Below are positions 37,611 through 51,697 of a stretch of DNA of 64,000 nucleotides, piece after piece. The DNA lies in NCBI GenBank assembly GCA_951406725.2, contig OX597818.1, forward strand, positions 30,132,001 to 30,196,000, written 5' to 3'. The stretch comes from Octopus vulgaris (Eukaryota). The notes below the pieces were generated by a model. The model saw only the letters and a list, made by a program, of their open reading frames with translations. It was not told the DNA's origin and did not search any database. The position numbers were made by a program, and so were the translations under genes. The stretch's first letter is position 1; each line of letters starts with the position of its first letter.

Positions 37611-40400
37611 ATCTCTCTTTCCCATGTTCCAACTTTCAGTGTTGGCACTGTTAATGTAGGCACATTGAAAGGTAGGTCTAGCAAGATTGTTGAGATGCTT
37701 GAACTGATGTGTGTTGATGTATGTTGCACCCAAGAAATAAGGTGGAGAGGAGCTTCAGCCAGGTTCCTCACAGGCAAGACACATAGGTATAAGATTTTCT
37801 GGGAAGGTAACAGCAACAGGGTATACTTCTGGGAAGGTAATAGTGATGGAATAGGGGGTGTGGGCATATTTCTTGCAGAGAAATGGGTGGATAAGGTCGT
37901 AGAGGTAGTCAGAATGTGTGATAGACTACTTAAGCTTAGACTAGTCCTGCAGAATAGTATAGTGACAATTATCTCTGCCTATACTCCACAAGTTGGTCTA
38001 CCAGATGAACAGAAGGACCACTTTTATGATATTCTTCTGCAGGCTACCTCAAAGACAAATGATAATGATCCAATCTTTGTGGCTGGGGATTTCAATGGGC
38101 ATATTGGATGTCAGTCCAATATCTTCCATGGAGTTCATGGGGGCCATAGAATTGGTTCCCAAAATGAAGACGGAACAAGGCTACTAGAGTTTTGTGATGC
38201 AAATAACTTATTGATCTGCAACATCAACTTCAGGAAGCCAGCCAGCTACCTGATAACCTACCAATCAGGTGACTCTGCCAGCCAGATCGATTACATTCTC
38301 ACCAGACAGTGGGATTCATGGTTGCTCTTAAATACAAAGACCCTCCCTGATGTAGAATGTACCACCCAGCATAGACTAGTCATTAGTGACTTTAGACTCC
38401 AAGCCAGAAGGATACCAAGAAGCAGACCAATCTGAAAAGAAGGATTTGGAAGCTTAGGGACCCTTCATATGGTCAGAGATTTAGGGACATCCTAATTGGG
38501 AAATTTGAGAAGGAGGGGGAACTACAGACTTGTGACATAGAGAGCAACTGGAATTCCTGTGGGACAGGTTGCTGAGTGCCACAGACCAAATCTGTGGCTG
38601 GTGCAAAGTCCCATCCAGACCTAGGTATGGATATGGTGGTAGAACAATGCTGCAGACAAGGCCATTAAATCAAAGAAACCATCCTGGAAGGCCTGGAAGA
38701 GTAGGAGTGGCAAGGAACTCTATCTGATAGCCAGAAAGGAAGCTAGGAGACAGGTATTTCTAACCAAGAGAAAGCAGAAAAGAAGTTTGCATATGTTCAG
38801 CAACATGAGGACCAAAAACTTGAAGTATTTCGGATTGCAAGACAGTGTGTAAGAGAAAATTATGATGTCATTGGTGAGAAGTGTGTCTGCATTTAATGGT
38901 TCTGCTAAGAAAGAGATCTGCAAATGCCATTATGAAAGACTTTTGAATATGGGGAATGAATGAGAAGAGGAGAGTTTGCCAAATGTTGACCAAATTGAGG
39001 GATCAGCTCTCTGAATCGACAGTACCTTGATAGCTAAAGCAATTAAGGATATGAAGACAGGGTAAGTGCCCAGGCCATCAGGAATCACTGTTGAGATGCT
39101 TAAAATATCTGGTGGTATGGAGTTTGGTCTAGTCACCTGTATTGTAAATGAGGTGTTTCACGAAGGAGTCATATCCAGTGACAGGTGTAGCAGCACCATA
39201 GTCAACTGCTACAAAGGTAAAGGTAATGCCTTTGATAGAAATAATTACAGAGGTATCAAATTGTTGGATCAAGTGATGAAAGTTATGGAGAGGGTCATAG
39301 CCCAACTAATTAGGGAGAGAATTAATCTAGATGAGATACATGATTTTGTGTCAGTTAGAAGCACCACTGATGCTATATTCCTGGTAAGGCAGCTGCAGGA
39401 GATATATATAGCCAAAGATAAACCTCTGTACTTGGCTTTTGTTGTCTTGGAGAAAGCTTTTGACAGGGTTCCCCAATCCCTTATCTGTTGGTCAATGCAG
39501 AAACTAGGGATAGACAAGTGGCTGGTGAGAGCTTTACAAGCCATGTACAAGATGCTACCAATAAAGTGAGGGTTGGCAATGAGTACGGTGAAAAATTGAA
39601 GGTTCAAGTAGGGGTTCACCAAGTATCAGTTCTCAGCCCCTTCTTGTTCATCATAGTCTTCCAGGCAATAACAGTTGAATTAATCTCCTCTATGCTGGTG
39701 ACCTTGTTCTTATAGCTGAATCACTATCAGAACTAGAGAAGTTCCAAGTATGAAAGCTAGGTCTAGGATTGAATGGCCTTAGAGTTAACCTAGCAAAGGC
39801 AAAATCTTGGTAAGTAGGAAAGCAAACAAATCACAAACCCCTTCAGGTAGATGGCCCTGCTTGATCTGTAGTAAAAGCATAGGTAGAAACTCCATAAGAT
39901 GTACCCAGTGTAAGTTTTGGACACATAAGAGGTGCAGCAATATCAGAGAAAGGTTAACACAGAAAATAGCTTTTGTGTGTGGAAGATGCACAGGTACAAT
40001 AAACACCAAAAATGTACAGAAAATAGACTCCATCAACTGCCAGCGGGGTAAGCTAGAGGTAGTAGATAGCTTCCGTTATCTAGGTGACCAAGTTAGTAGT
40101 GGAGATGGATACTCCAAGAGCATAGCTGTGAGAATAAGATTATGCTGGGCAAAGTTCAGAGAGCTCCCACCTCTGCTGGTAACAAAGGGCCTCTCCCTCA
40201 GAGTGAAAGGCAGATTGTATGATGCCTGTGTGCAAACAGTTATGCTACATGGCAGTGAAACATAGGCTATGACAGCCGAGGACATGTGTAGGGTTGAAAG
40301 AAATTAAACCAGTATGCTTTGCTGGATGTGCAATGTCAGTGTGCATGTTCTACAAAATTAAGCATCTTGAGAGAAAAGTTGGGCATAAGAGATATCAGAT
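37610..40400 (+). mobile_element. Decayed RTE LINE (EN+RT), 3'-truncated, flanked by (TA)n
   Basis: 256-aa APE ORF 37665-38435 (GDFNGH, SQIDYIL), RT fragments and finger. Many stops and frameshifts. Confidence 0.92.
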
Positions 40401-40409
40401 ATATATAAG

Positions 40410-40441
<32 letters not shown>

Positions 40442-40457
40442 ATGAGATATATATAAG

Positions 40458-43400
40458 ATCATCTTTTTTGAAAATTTTGTGTCAATGCTGACGAACAATA
40501 TATAAGACTTCATTTGCATACTGATGACCGTTTGCTATCTAAAGGCAACTGCTTGGAAAAATTTGTAAACTTATTTAATACAATAGTTTTATTCTTATGA
40601 ACAGAAAAAATCTCAGACTTAGCCACTGAAATTCAAGTTCAAAAGACAAACATACACTATCTTAGTTGGATTTTCCATAAGCTGAACAAGGCCTCTCTTC
40701 TGCTGCAGGGAAAAATGATAACACTGATAGACTATAAATGGGTGATGGGAGCTTTTGTTGAAAAACTCCATCTTTTTCAAATCAATTTAAAACTAAGACA
40801 GTTTCATTATATACCCAAACTAGCAGAAATCGACTTATGTGAAAATGACATTGGTATTTATTGCAACCACCTGTCTGGCTAGAAACTAGATCTGCTGATT
40901 TATTTAACTTCATTATTCAGCCATGGATTATTGACCCATTCAACTACGATCCTCACAGTGCACACAAAAATATCCCAGAGGAAGTCATCAAGATAAAATG
41001 TAATGATAAATTTCAAATTGAGTTCAATAAAGAAAGATTGTCAGAGATCTGTTGATGTATGATGCTTGAATGGAGACATGTTGATGTATGTTGTGTACAA
41101 GAGGTAAGATGGAGAGGAGCTTCAGCCAGAGTCCTCACAAGCAGAGTACATAGGTATAAACTCTTCTGGGAAGGTAATAGTGATGGAATAGGGGGTGTGG
41201 GCATATTTCTTGCGGAGAAATGGGTGGATAAGGTCATAGAGGTAGTGAGGGTGTGTGATAGAGTACTTAAACTCAGGCTAGTCTTGCAGAATGGTATAGC
41301 TACAGTTATCTCTGCCTACGCTCCACATGTGGACCTACCAAATGAATAGAAGGATCACTTTTATGATATTCTTCTGCAGGCTACTTCAAAGACGAATGAT
41401 AATGATCTCATCTTTGTGGCTGGAGATTTTAATGGGCATGTCAGACAGCAGTCTGGTATCTTCCATGGTGTATATGGGAGCCATGGAGCTGGTACCAGAA
41501 ATGAAGAGGAAACTAGGCTTCTAGAGTTCTGCAATGCAAATAACTTATTGATCTGCAACACCAACTTTAGGAAGCCAGTCAGCCACCTGATAACCTATCA
41601 ATCAGGTGACTATGCTAGCCAGATCAATTTCATTCTCACCAGATAGTGGGATGCATAGATGCTGGAGAAGAATGTACCCTGCGACATAGATTAGTTATTA
41701 GTGACTTTAGACTTGAGGCCAGAAGGATGCCAAGAACTAGACTAATCTGGAAAAGAAGGGCTTGGAAGCTTAGGAACCCTTCACATGGTCAGAGATTTAG
41801 TGTTATCCTTACTGAGAAATTTGATGATAGGGAGGAGGAGCTACAGTCCTGTGACATTGAAGGCAGCTGATAATTCCTGCGAGACAGCTTACTGAGTGCC
41901 ACAGACCAAATCTGTGGCTGGTGCAAAGTCCCTTCCAGACCTAGGGTAACAAGGTGGTGGAACAATACTGTTGACAGAGCCATTAGTGCTTGGAATGCCT
42001 GGAAGAGTGGGGTATCAGGAGAATGTATCAGATAGCCAAAAGGGAAGCTAAGAGACAGGTTTTTTATAGCCAAGGGAGTAGCAGAAAAGAAGAAGTTTGC
42101 CAATGTTCAGCGATGTGAGGAATAGGGATCTGAAGTATTTCGGATTGCAAGACAGTGTGTGAGAGAAACCGTGATGTCATAGGAGAGAAATGTGTCCGCA
42201 TGGATGATGGTGTCCTTGCATTTTATGATTCTGCAAAGAAAAGGGCTTGGAGAAGCGATTATGAAAGACTGCTAAATGTGGAGAATGAATGGAAGGAAGA
42301 GAGTCTGCCAAAGTTTGACCAAATTGAGAGACCAGCCACCTGAATCAACAGTATCCAGGTAGATAAAGCAATTAAGGATATGAAGATAGAGAAAGCACCT
42401 GGCCCAACAGGAATCACTGCTGGGTGCTTAAAATATCAGGTGGTGTGTGTTATAATCTTGTCACCTGCATCGTAAATCAAGTAGTTCGTGAAGGAGTCAT
42501 ACCCGATGACTGGTGTAGCAGCACCATAGTCAACTGCTACAAAGGGAAAAATAATGCTTTAGATAGAAATAACTACAGGGATATCAAATTATTGGATCAC
42601 GTGATGAAAGTTACAGAGAGGGTCATAGCCCAACTAATTAAGGAAAGAGTTAGCCTAGATGAGATGCAGTTTGATTTTGTGTCAAGCAGAAGCACCACTG
42701 ATGCTATATTTCTGGTAAGGCAACTGCAGTAGAAATACCTAGCCAATGATAAACTTTTGTACTTGGCTTTTGTTGTCTTGGAGAAAGCCTTTGACAAGGT
42801 CCCCTGATTCCTTATCTGGTGGTCAATGGAGAAGCTGGGGATAGATGAGTGGCTGGTAAGAGCTGTACAAGCCCTCTACAGGGATGCTGTCAGCAAGATG
42901 AGAGTTGGTAACAAGTATAGTGAAGAATTCCAAGTAGAAGTAGTGGTTCACCAAAGATCTGTCATCAGCCCCTTCTTAATCATTATAGTTCTCCAGGCAA
43001 TAACAGAGGAATTCAAGACAGGCTGCCTCTGGGAGCTCCTCTATGCTGATGACCTTGCTCTAATAGCTGAGTCACTGCCAGAACTGGAGACGAAGTTTAG
43101 GGTGTGGAAGTAAGGTCTAGAATCGAAGGGCCTTAGTTTTAACCTAGCCAAAACCAATGTCTTAGTAAGTAGGAAGGCTGTCAAATCACCCCCTCCCTTT
43201 CAGGTAGATGGCCCTGCTTGATCTGTAGAAAAGGCATGGGTAGAAACTCCATAAGATACCTGGTGTAAGCTATGGACACATAAAAGGTGCAGCAATATCA
43301 AAGGAAGGTTAACCGGGAAAATAGCTTTTGTGTGTGGCAGATGCACAGGGGCAATAAACACAGTAGATGTACAGAAAACAGATTCCATCACATGCCAGGG

Positions 43401-44884
43401 GGAGAAACTAGAAGTAGTTAATAGCTTCTGCTACCTAGGCGACTAAGTCTGTAGTGGGGGACGGTTGCTCTGAGAGTGTAGCGACTAGAGTAAGAATTGC
43501 CTGGGCAAAGTTCAAGGAGCTCTTACCTCTGCTGGCAACTAAGGGCCTCTCATTCAGGGTGAAAGGTAGACTGTATGATGCATGTGTGCAAACTGCCATG
43601 CAACACGGCAGTGAAACATGGGCCATGAATGCTGAGGACATGCTAAGGCTTGAAAGAAATGAAGCTGGTATGATCTGCTGGATGTGTAATGTCAGTGTGC
43701 ACCATGAGAGAAAAGTTGGGCATAAGAAGCATCAAATGTGGTGTGCAAGAGAGGCAACTGTGCTGGTATGACTATCTGTTACGTATGAATGGCAACAGTT
43801 GTGTGAGTGCCACTCCCCAACTGTAGAAGGAACCTGTGGAAGAGGTAGACTCAGGAAGACATGGGATGAGGTAGTGAAGCATTACCTTTCAACATTGGGC
43901 CTTACAGAGGCAATGACAGGAAACCGGGACCTTTGGAGATATGCTGTGATTGAGAAGGACTGGCAACTAAGGTGAGATCACAGCCATGCATGTTCGGCCC
44001 TGTTAAGAATACCCCTGATGCGTCAGGCGATATGATATGCTTGAGAAGACTTGTTCAGTCAAGTAAAACCAGTATCGTAGCTGGGACCGGTGCCCCCTTA
44101 CAGGTTCCCATGCTGGTGGCACATAAAAAGCACCATCTGAACATGGTCAGTGCCAGATCTGCCTGACTGGCTCCCATGCCGGTGGCACATAAAAAGCACC
44201 AACTGAACATGACTGATGCCATTACCTACTGACTGGCTCCTGTGCCAGTGGCATGTAAAAAGCACCCACTACACTCTCGGAGTGGTTGGCATTACGTAGG
44301 GCATCCAGCTGTAGAAACTTTGCCAGATCAGATTGGAGCCTGATGCAGCCGCTGCCTCTCCAGACCTCAGTCAAACTGTCCAACCCATGCCAGCATGGAA
44401 AATGGACATTAATTGATGATGATGATGATGATGATGATGATGAGACACTGTAAAATCACTAGATCCAAACTTGTGGTCACAAATGTCAAAAGTCCTTTTG
44501 TGCTTTCCCAACATCATATCTTGTCGAAACTGGATTTGGTACTGTCAATCACATTTTGCAGAAAGAAAGAAACAGATTTGACATTATTTCATGTGGAGAT
44601 ATTCGTATCTGAGTAGCATTAAGCCTGACATTGAATTTTTAGCAGAGCATCACCAGTCTCAGGGCTCACACTAGTTAGTTCTTCTTTACATTCAAATTTA
44701 GGATAAAGTTGCATTTTAATTCACTTCTCTTTTGCTTTTACATGTACATAATTTTTTTAGTGCTGATTAGTCATAATTACATTATATTTAATATTTGTTA
44801 TCATCTTTTGGTGGGTGAATATCAATTTTACATCAAAGACTGCTTTTAGTGGGCAATGGCCAGGAAAGGTTTGAGAACCACTAC
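40458..44884 (+). mobile_element. hAT (Buster/Charlie-like) transposon 3' part, split by an RTE insertion
   Basis: 40480-41055 gives LHLHTDDRLLSKGNCL (cf. LLHTEVRWLSKG). 44445-44673 gives AFPTSYLVETGF...IKPDIE...QGSH*. TIR-like aaaggtttgagaaccact at ~44866-44883. Confidence 0.75.
41061..44443 (+). mobile_element. Decayed near-full-length RTE LINE
   Basis: EN and RT (WELLYADD) fragments, hairpin-type 3' UTR, (GAT)n tail. Confidence 0.92.
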
Positions 44885-45179
44885 TCTATTCCATGATCTG
44901 TTTTTTTGGAATCATAATTTCCTAGGCAGATTGTCTTTGTATTTTACCTATTGATGCCACAGCAAGAATGGGTGAGATTTACACATTAAAAATAGAAATA
45001 ATTGAGAGAGATTTGATTGCTTCACAAAAGTTTTGAGGGGTAAATGGGTAAGTATTGGGTCATACAAATATATGCAACACATGTTATTGATAATGATATC
45101 TCAAGAAGAAATAACTGAATAAGCTTGTTGAGGAAACACAAATCAAATATAATGGTTAATTTAGAATGAATAAATAAGC

Positions 45180-45400
45180 CTTTCTAATTTTTGACATAAA
45201 GCCAGCAATTTTGAAGAGAAGGGACAACTTCATTGCATCAAGCCCCCAATACTTAAGTGATATTTTATTTTATCAACCCCAAAATGATGAAAGGCAAAGT
45301 TGATCACAGCAAGATTGGAACTCAGAATATTAAGATCCAGAAAAAATGCTACCAACTATTTTGCCTGACATGTTTAATCATTCTATCGGCTCACCACGTT
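45180..45400 (-). mobile_element. SINE family B (old)
   Basis: Homology to 3149-3357. Confidence 0.7.
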
Positions 45401-47270
45401 ATAGGATGAGTAAATAGTAGAACCAGATTGAAAGACCATTATGGTGTAATTATGATGCATAGATGAAAAAGCAATTATAAACCTTTGACTTATAATATTT
45501 ATATCTATGTAAGAACTAATTATTAATTAGAAGATTATTGAATGTGGCATGTTACCAGGAGTGTCTAATAATATTTGGTTTTGTATATACCTCTACATTC
45601 TGAGTTTAGATCCCACAACATTTGACTTGATTTTCTATTGTTTTGAAGCTAATAAGACTTCTCATCTAGAAAATTGGTTATGTAATTAGAGAAGAAATCA
45701 TTTTTAGAAGTTATTGCATTTCATGAGGGTAGTGTATCTTTTTTTCTTTTTGGTCAGTGTCTTGTTTTCAATTCAGATTCCACTCAAGTTGGCAGTTTTT
45801 CATCCATTTGTATATAATAAGTACTTGTAAGATACGGGAGTTGATACAAATAACAGTGTACCTTTCTTAGACAAAAGGCTCTTACAAATATAATTAAAAG
45901 TATCCATCATTATAATTGCTGTTGTAGTTGTTTCTGTTGCTGTTGTTGTTGTTGTTGCACCTTCTACGGCTGCTGCAGCAATAGTATCATTTTCATTTTT
46001 AACCAAGTTAGATTATATGTCTGTTTTGGATATTAAGCAACAATGTGGAATTAGTTTTTGTTTTTGTGAGCATGTGTGAATTATTATTTGCCATTGTTAT
46101 GTACAGACATGTGATACAGATATATATGTATTAGTTATATATATATATATGTGCATATATTAGATAGATATATGTGTATTGGTTATTGGTTGGATAGAAT
46201 TGTTGGTTATTCTTGTTGTTTTCATCAATGTCTCTTTGTTTTCTTTGTTACACAAAGGTTTTTTTTTTCTTTCTCTCATATATGTGTAGAGAGTAAAAGT
46301 ACATTGAAACATTTTTCTTATTTCATCAATATTCTTCCTCATTATTCTTAATACTATTGGAACTATGGTATTATCTATGCCTTAATCTTATCTCAGTTTC
46401 TAAGTCTTTATATTTTGCAAAAAAAAAAAAAAAAAGTTTAGTTTGTTTCAAGATATATTTCTGTTTGCATAATTAACTCTATTTATATTTTGATATTTTT
46501 TTTTATTTACTGTAAATGGTTGACTAGCTTGGCTAATATATTTCTGTCTGTATATCCACCAATGTTCCATAGTATCATTAGCCATGGTTACAGTTCCTTC
46601 CTCCTGGCCAAAGAATGCAAAAATAACAGAAGACAAAAAATAAAGAAAAGAAACAAAAAAAAATGTGCTATTTGTTTCTACTTTCTCAGTTTTGAGCTTA
46701 TGAGGGAGACTTAGTGTAGATGCTTGAGCTATTAGAAATAGCAACTAAATCTCATCCAAATCACACCCTACTATCTTTAAAAAGAAACAACAGGACACAT
46801 TGGATAATACAGTCCTAATTACAACTATGACAAATACAACAAAATGATGGGATGATCACAGGCTGAATGTTTTGATCATACATCTGCTCAGTCAAGGCTG
46901 AACAATAATTTGCTCAACTTTGTAATCATACCATTTTACAATTTAGTAGTGTCTGAAGATTTAAATACTCCTGTTTCTTTTTCTTTCTTCTTTGTTTTAT
47001 TTATTTATTTATTTATTTATTTTAGAACTATTATTATTAGCATAAAGCAATACACTTACCACCACATTCCAACCTCTGGTCTACAGATGTCCTGTCTCCT
47101 CTCTTTGTTTCTGCTACAGTGGATTCTACTACTTGGAAGTGGCTGGTCTCATGCCACACCTCTATTCAAACACTGCTAAACCCTTTGCTACACAAATGTT
47201 TTTCTCCTCTTTCATATATGTGTAGAAAGTAAAAATATATTGGGACATTTTTCTCATTTCATCAATATTT

Positions 47271-47657
47271 GCAGGAATGACTGTGTAGTAAGTAGCTTGC
47301 TTACCAACCACATGGTTCCAGGTTCAGTCCCACTGTGTGGCACCTTGGGCAAGTGTCTTCTGCTATAGCCTCGGGTAGACCAAAGCCTTTTGAGTGGATT
47401 TGGTAGTTGGAAACTGAAAGAAGCCCGTCGTATATATGCATATGTATATCTATGTGTGTGTTTGTTTGTGTGTCTGTGTTTGTCCCCCCAACATCACTTG
47501 ACAACCAATGCTGGTATGTTTACATCCCCGTATCTGATAGAATAAGTACTAGGCTTACAAAGAATAAGTCCTTGGGTCGATTTGCTTGACTAAAGGCAGT
47601 GCTCCAGCATGGCTGCAGTCAAATGACTGAAACAAGTAAAAGAGTAAAAGAGAGTAC
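47271..47657 (+). mobile_element. SINE family A
   Basis: Homology to 6640-7024. Confidence 0.85.
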
Positions 47658-47839
47658 TCTTCTTCATTATTCCCATTACTCTTATTACTATGAGGATTAA
47701 GGTGCTATCCTTGCCACAATCTTATTATCTGAGTTTCTAATCTTTATATATGTCACTTATATTGTGCCCATTACACTCTAGGTCTGCCTCCAGTTATTCG
47801 TTCCTAGAGCACAAAAGAAGCTTAATAATTATGAAGTAT

Positions 47840-48075
47840 TGATGCTGGTATCATGTTAAACACACTGGTTCTAAAACCATGTAAAAATCACTAGTGCTGG
47901 TGCCACATAAAAAGCACCCAGCACACTGTAAAGTGGTTGGCATTAGGAAGGGCATCCAGCTGTAGAAACCGAACCAAAAGCAAACTCTGGAACCTGGTGC
48001 AGCCCTTGGTTTTTCTAGCTCTTGTCAAGCTGCCCAGCCCATGCTATCATGGAAAACAGATGTAAAATAATAATG
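47840..48075 (+). mobile_element. Solo RTE 3' UTR, old
   Basis: aaaagcaccca...aagtggttggcattaggaagggcatccagctgtagaaa. Confidence 0.7.
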
Positions 48076-48509
48076 GAGATAATGATTACAAAGAAGAAGA
48101 AGAAAAAGAAGTAGTAGTAGTAGTGGTGGTGGTGGTGGTGGTGGTGGTGATATTTCTAAAGATTTGTTAGTGAGGAGGGTTTGGTTGTAGTAGGGGACAC
48201 GCATGTTAAAAATGTCCTCCTTAGGGGAGAGGTTGTTAATCTTAATGGGAGTGCCTTTGACAAATTCTATTTAAAATGGATTTAGGGTAATTAGATTGGA
48301 TGTTAATATAATCCTTTCTACTATAGGCACAAGGCCTGAAATTTGGGGGAGAGGAATAGTTGATTACATCGACCCCAGTATGCAACTGGTACTGAATTTA
48401 TAGGCAAAGTTGACCTTGGCAGAATTTGAACTCAGAATGCTTTGGATGTTAATATAATGTTGAGATTCATGTGCTTATAAGCTTCTAGTGAGTCAAGAAA
48501 GTGCTATTT

Positions 48510-49037
48510 TGTTGTCATGGATTAGCACAGTTGTGCTTTGGCAACTGCATCCAATCAGAGCTGGTTGCATAACTATAAATACAGCGTCATCTGTCCAGAA
48601 AGAAATTCTGTTCCAGTCAGTCAGTCAGTAGTTAGCATGAGACTTCAACATGAGTACAGCTGTCTCCAGTGGAACTTCAGAAGGACACTACTCCTGACAG
48701 CATTACTTCAACATGAGCAGCTGTGTTATTTCACTGACTCAATGCTGTAAACTACAGGATTACATTAAGCTCACACAGCAAATCCCATTATTCCCTATGG
48801 ATGGAACCTGCCTGTTTAAACTTCTTACTACCTTTATTGTGGTATGCTTCTACCCATTTGTGTAATAGTAAGTTCAATGGCCTTCCTTGATTCCTACATA
48901 CAACAATTGCCTACTCTCATTGCAACCCAAATAAATTACGATGTTTGTTCTAATATAGCCATCTGATGTATTTTCTCAATGCTTCACAGATGCAACTGTT
49001 TCATTGACTTTCAACATTATTTATTTATTTGGTAACA
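48510..49037 (+). mobile_element. Possible solo LTR
   Basis: TGT...TAACA ends, CCAAT (~48552), TATAAATA (~48575), AATAAA (~48930). No clear TSD. Confidence 0.45.
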
Positions 49038-49079
49038 TGCTAAAATTGGTAACACTTTACTCAAGTTACATTTGAACAC

Positions 49080-50620
49080 AGAACAAACTCCATTATAAGC
49101 TGGATTATAAGTCTAGAGAAATGTTTAAGAAATGAGCTACTTTAGTGCTATTTTTGAAAGAGGTCTTTCTTGCTGTTAAAATAATATCAATGTCAGAGCA
49201 AGAGAGGTATGCAGGTTTCTTACCAAATATTAAATCTTTGGAGAATGGGGGAGACAGAAGCATAATAATTTAGAGATATTGAACAGGAGAAAAGCGATAT
49301 AAGCTTTGTTAGGGAAAGTGTAAAACCAAGTGATCATATACCCCATGCTGTTCTAGTAAAAAAGTGTATCTTTTACTATAGGGATAATCTTATCAAAAAT
49401 GTGTATTCTAACACATCCCAAGTCAGATTTAGTGAGGCAAATAAGTCTGATCAATGGCTTATTAGAGAAATCTGGCTACAGGATGAAGCGAGGGGAGTCT
49501 AGATGTGTAGTGTTTACTCTTTCTCCCTGGGTAAAAGGTAGGTACCTCATCTGGGATGCCTCAGTCTGTGACTCCTTTGCTCCTTCTCACATCCTGGATG
49601 TTACAGTAAGTGGGAGGGTAACTGCTTCTGTAGCTGAATGGAACAGAACCTTTAAATATCAAGACTTGTCAGTGAACCATTTCTTCCAGCCTGTTGTGTT
49701 TGAGACATTTGGAGGGGCTGGACTACTAACAGCAAAGTTTTTTTATCATTGTTGGCAGCTCACCTTACCAAAGTGTCAAGTGATGCCTGTGAAGGTGCTT
49801 GGTTATTCCAACACCTAAGCCTCATTATTACCCATGGTAATTCTGCGAGCATGTTGGCTTACTTCAGTAGGTTCTGTTGAACCTCGCAGTGTGCAACCAA
49901 TTGAAGCATTTAGTGTTGAATTGATGCTTTTTCTGTCTTCCTTCCTCTTTTTCTTCTTTCTTATCTTTATTTTCTTTCTTCATTCAGGCTTGTGTTTTCT
50001 TCAGTTTTGGATTTGTATTTTAATGTGGTTTTGTATTTTATATGTATCACATATCATATGCATTCATGTTATATATGTAATTATTAAATTATCTAAATTT
50101 TCAATAAAGTCACATCCCCCCAAAAAATAGAAACAATATTCTATGCACAAGTTCTTATAAGTTACACTGCTGATCATTAATCTTCTTAAGTATATTCTGA
50201 TTAGCTTCTGTGTAGTTCCTCTTTAGTTCCTTGGTGATGAGATCCATCTACATATTATTTAGGAGAGTGTATAGGTTTCCGGTTTTGTCTGAGAATATGT
50301 GTACATTTGGAAACTTTTTAATGCTAGACATAAACCTGGAGGGATCCTTGAAAATATTAATGTGTTTGAAAAATTTCATATTCTTCATCATGTGGAGTGA
50401 GTTACTTTCAAATATGCAAGGTGTTATAAGACTTTTTTTTATATGTAATTAAAGTATACTTTATTCATTGAGTTATTGAATTTGAGCCTACCATCACATA
50501 TATCCAATGGCATCATTATATTTTTTTCTGGTGCAGTAATCCCATTTAAATATCTTGAGGGGGAAGAGGAGTGTCCTTGGATAAAGTGTCTAAAAATTGT
50601 TTATCCATAGTGTGTGATAT
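49080..50620 (-). mobile_element. Decayed Penelope-like element RT region, interrupted by a CRE fragment
   Basis: Minus strand IFSDKTGNLY...NILKKIN (~50300-50170) and PDFSNKPLIRLICLTKSDLG...IFDKII (~49475-49385). Confidence 0.6.
49480..50110 (+). mobile_element. CRE-clade non-LTR 3' fragment (REL endonuclease)
   Basis: PWVKGRYLIWDASVCDSFAPSH...AE...KYQDL...FQPVVFETFG, then a T-rich 3' UTR with AATAAA. Confidence 0.7.
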
Positions 50621-50814
50621 TAGTAGGTAGTAGTCAGTAAATGGAGCCTAGAGACTGGAATAAAGTATGTGTTTACAAACTTCTATGTAAATATACTCCT
50701 TACATCTACTTTTGTTTATCTGCCATTCTTACTCCCATACCCACTCAACAAAGATTGTTCTCATAGTCAATTTCCTACACCAGTACCAGATTTATTTGAA
50801 CAGTACTTGATGAC

Positions 50815-51226
50815 TGTAATGGAATTTGTATCTTTGTGGTACCAGTGCCGGTGGTACCAGTGCCGGTGGCACACAAGAAAACCATCCGAACGTGGCGGTA
50901 GCCAGTACCGCATCGACTGGCCTCCGTGCTGTGGGCATGTAACAAACACCATCCGATCGTGGCCGTTCGCCAGCCTCATCTGGCACCTGTGTCGGTGGCA
51001 CATAAAAACACCATCCGAGCATGGCCGTTCGCCAGCCTCGTCTGGCACCTGTGTCGGTGGCACATAAAATCACCCACTACACTCTCGGAGTGGTTGGCGT
51101 TAGGAAGGGTATCCAGCTGTAGAAACACTGCCAGATCTGACTGGCCTGGTGCAGCCTTCGGGCTCCCCAGACCCCAGTTGAACCGTCCAACCCATGCTAG
51201 CATGGAAAGCAGACGTTAAATGATGA

Positions 51227-51230
<4 letters not shown>
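50815..51230 (+). mobile_element. Solo 3' UTR of the young RTE subfamily
   Basis: Closely matches 57078-57502. Confidence 0.9.
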
Positions 51231-51261
<31 letters not shown>

Positions 51262-51263
<2 letters not shown>

Positions 51264-51425
51264 CACAGGAGTGGCTGTGTGGTAAGTAGCTTCCTTACCA
51301 ATCACATGGTTTCCGGGTTCAGTTCCACTACATGGCACCTTGGGCAAGTGTCTTCTACTATAGCCTAGGGCCAACTAAAGCCTTGTGAGTGGATTTGGTA
51401 GATGGAAACTGAAGGAAGCCCGTCG

Positions 51426-51456
<31 letters not shown>

Positions 51457-51683
51457 GTGTGTGTGTGTGTGTTTGTGTGTCTGTGTTTGTCCCCCCAACT
51501 TCGCTTGACAACCGATGGTGGTGTGTTTACATCCCCGTCATTTAGTGGTTTGGCAAGAGAGACTGACAGAATAAGTACTAGGCTTACAATAGAATAAGTC
51601 CTGGGGTTGATTTGCTTGACTAAAGGCGGTGCTTCAGCATGGCCACAGTCAAATGACTGAAACAAATAAAAGAATAAATGAAT
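51262..51683 (+). mobile_element. SINE family A
   Basis: Homology to 6640-7024. Confidence 0.85.
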
Positions 51684-51697
51684 ATATATATATATAT

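Noticed and set aside
37665-38435. Domesticated endonuclease gene (256-aa ORF)
   Set aside because: It is part of a decayed RTE copy, starts at a non-ATG, has an internal 30-bp duplication, and shows no sign of separate selection.
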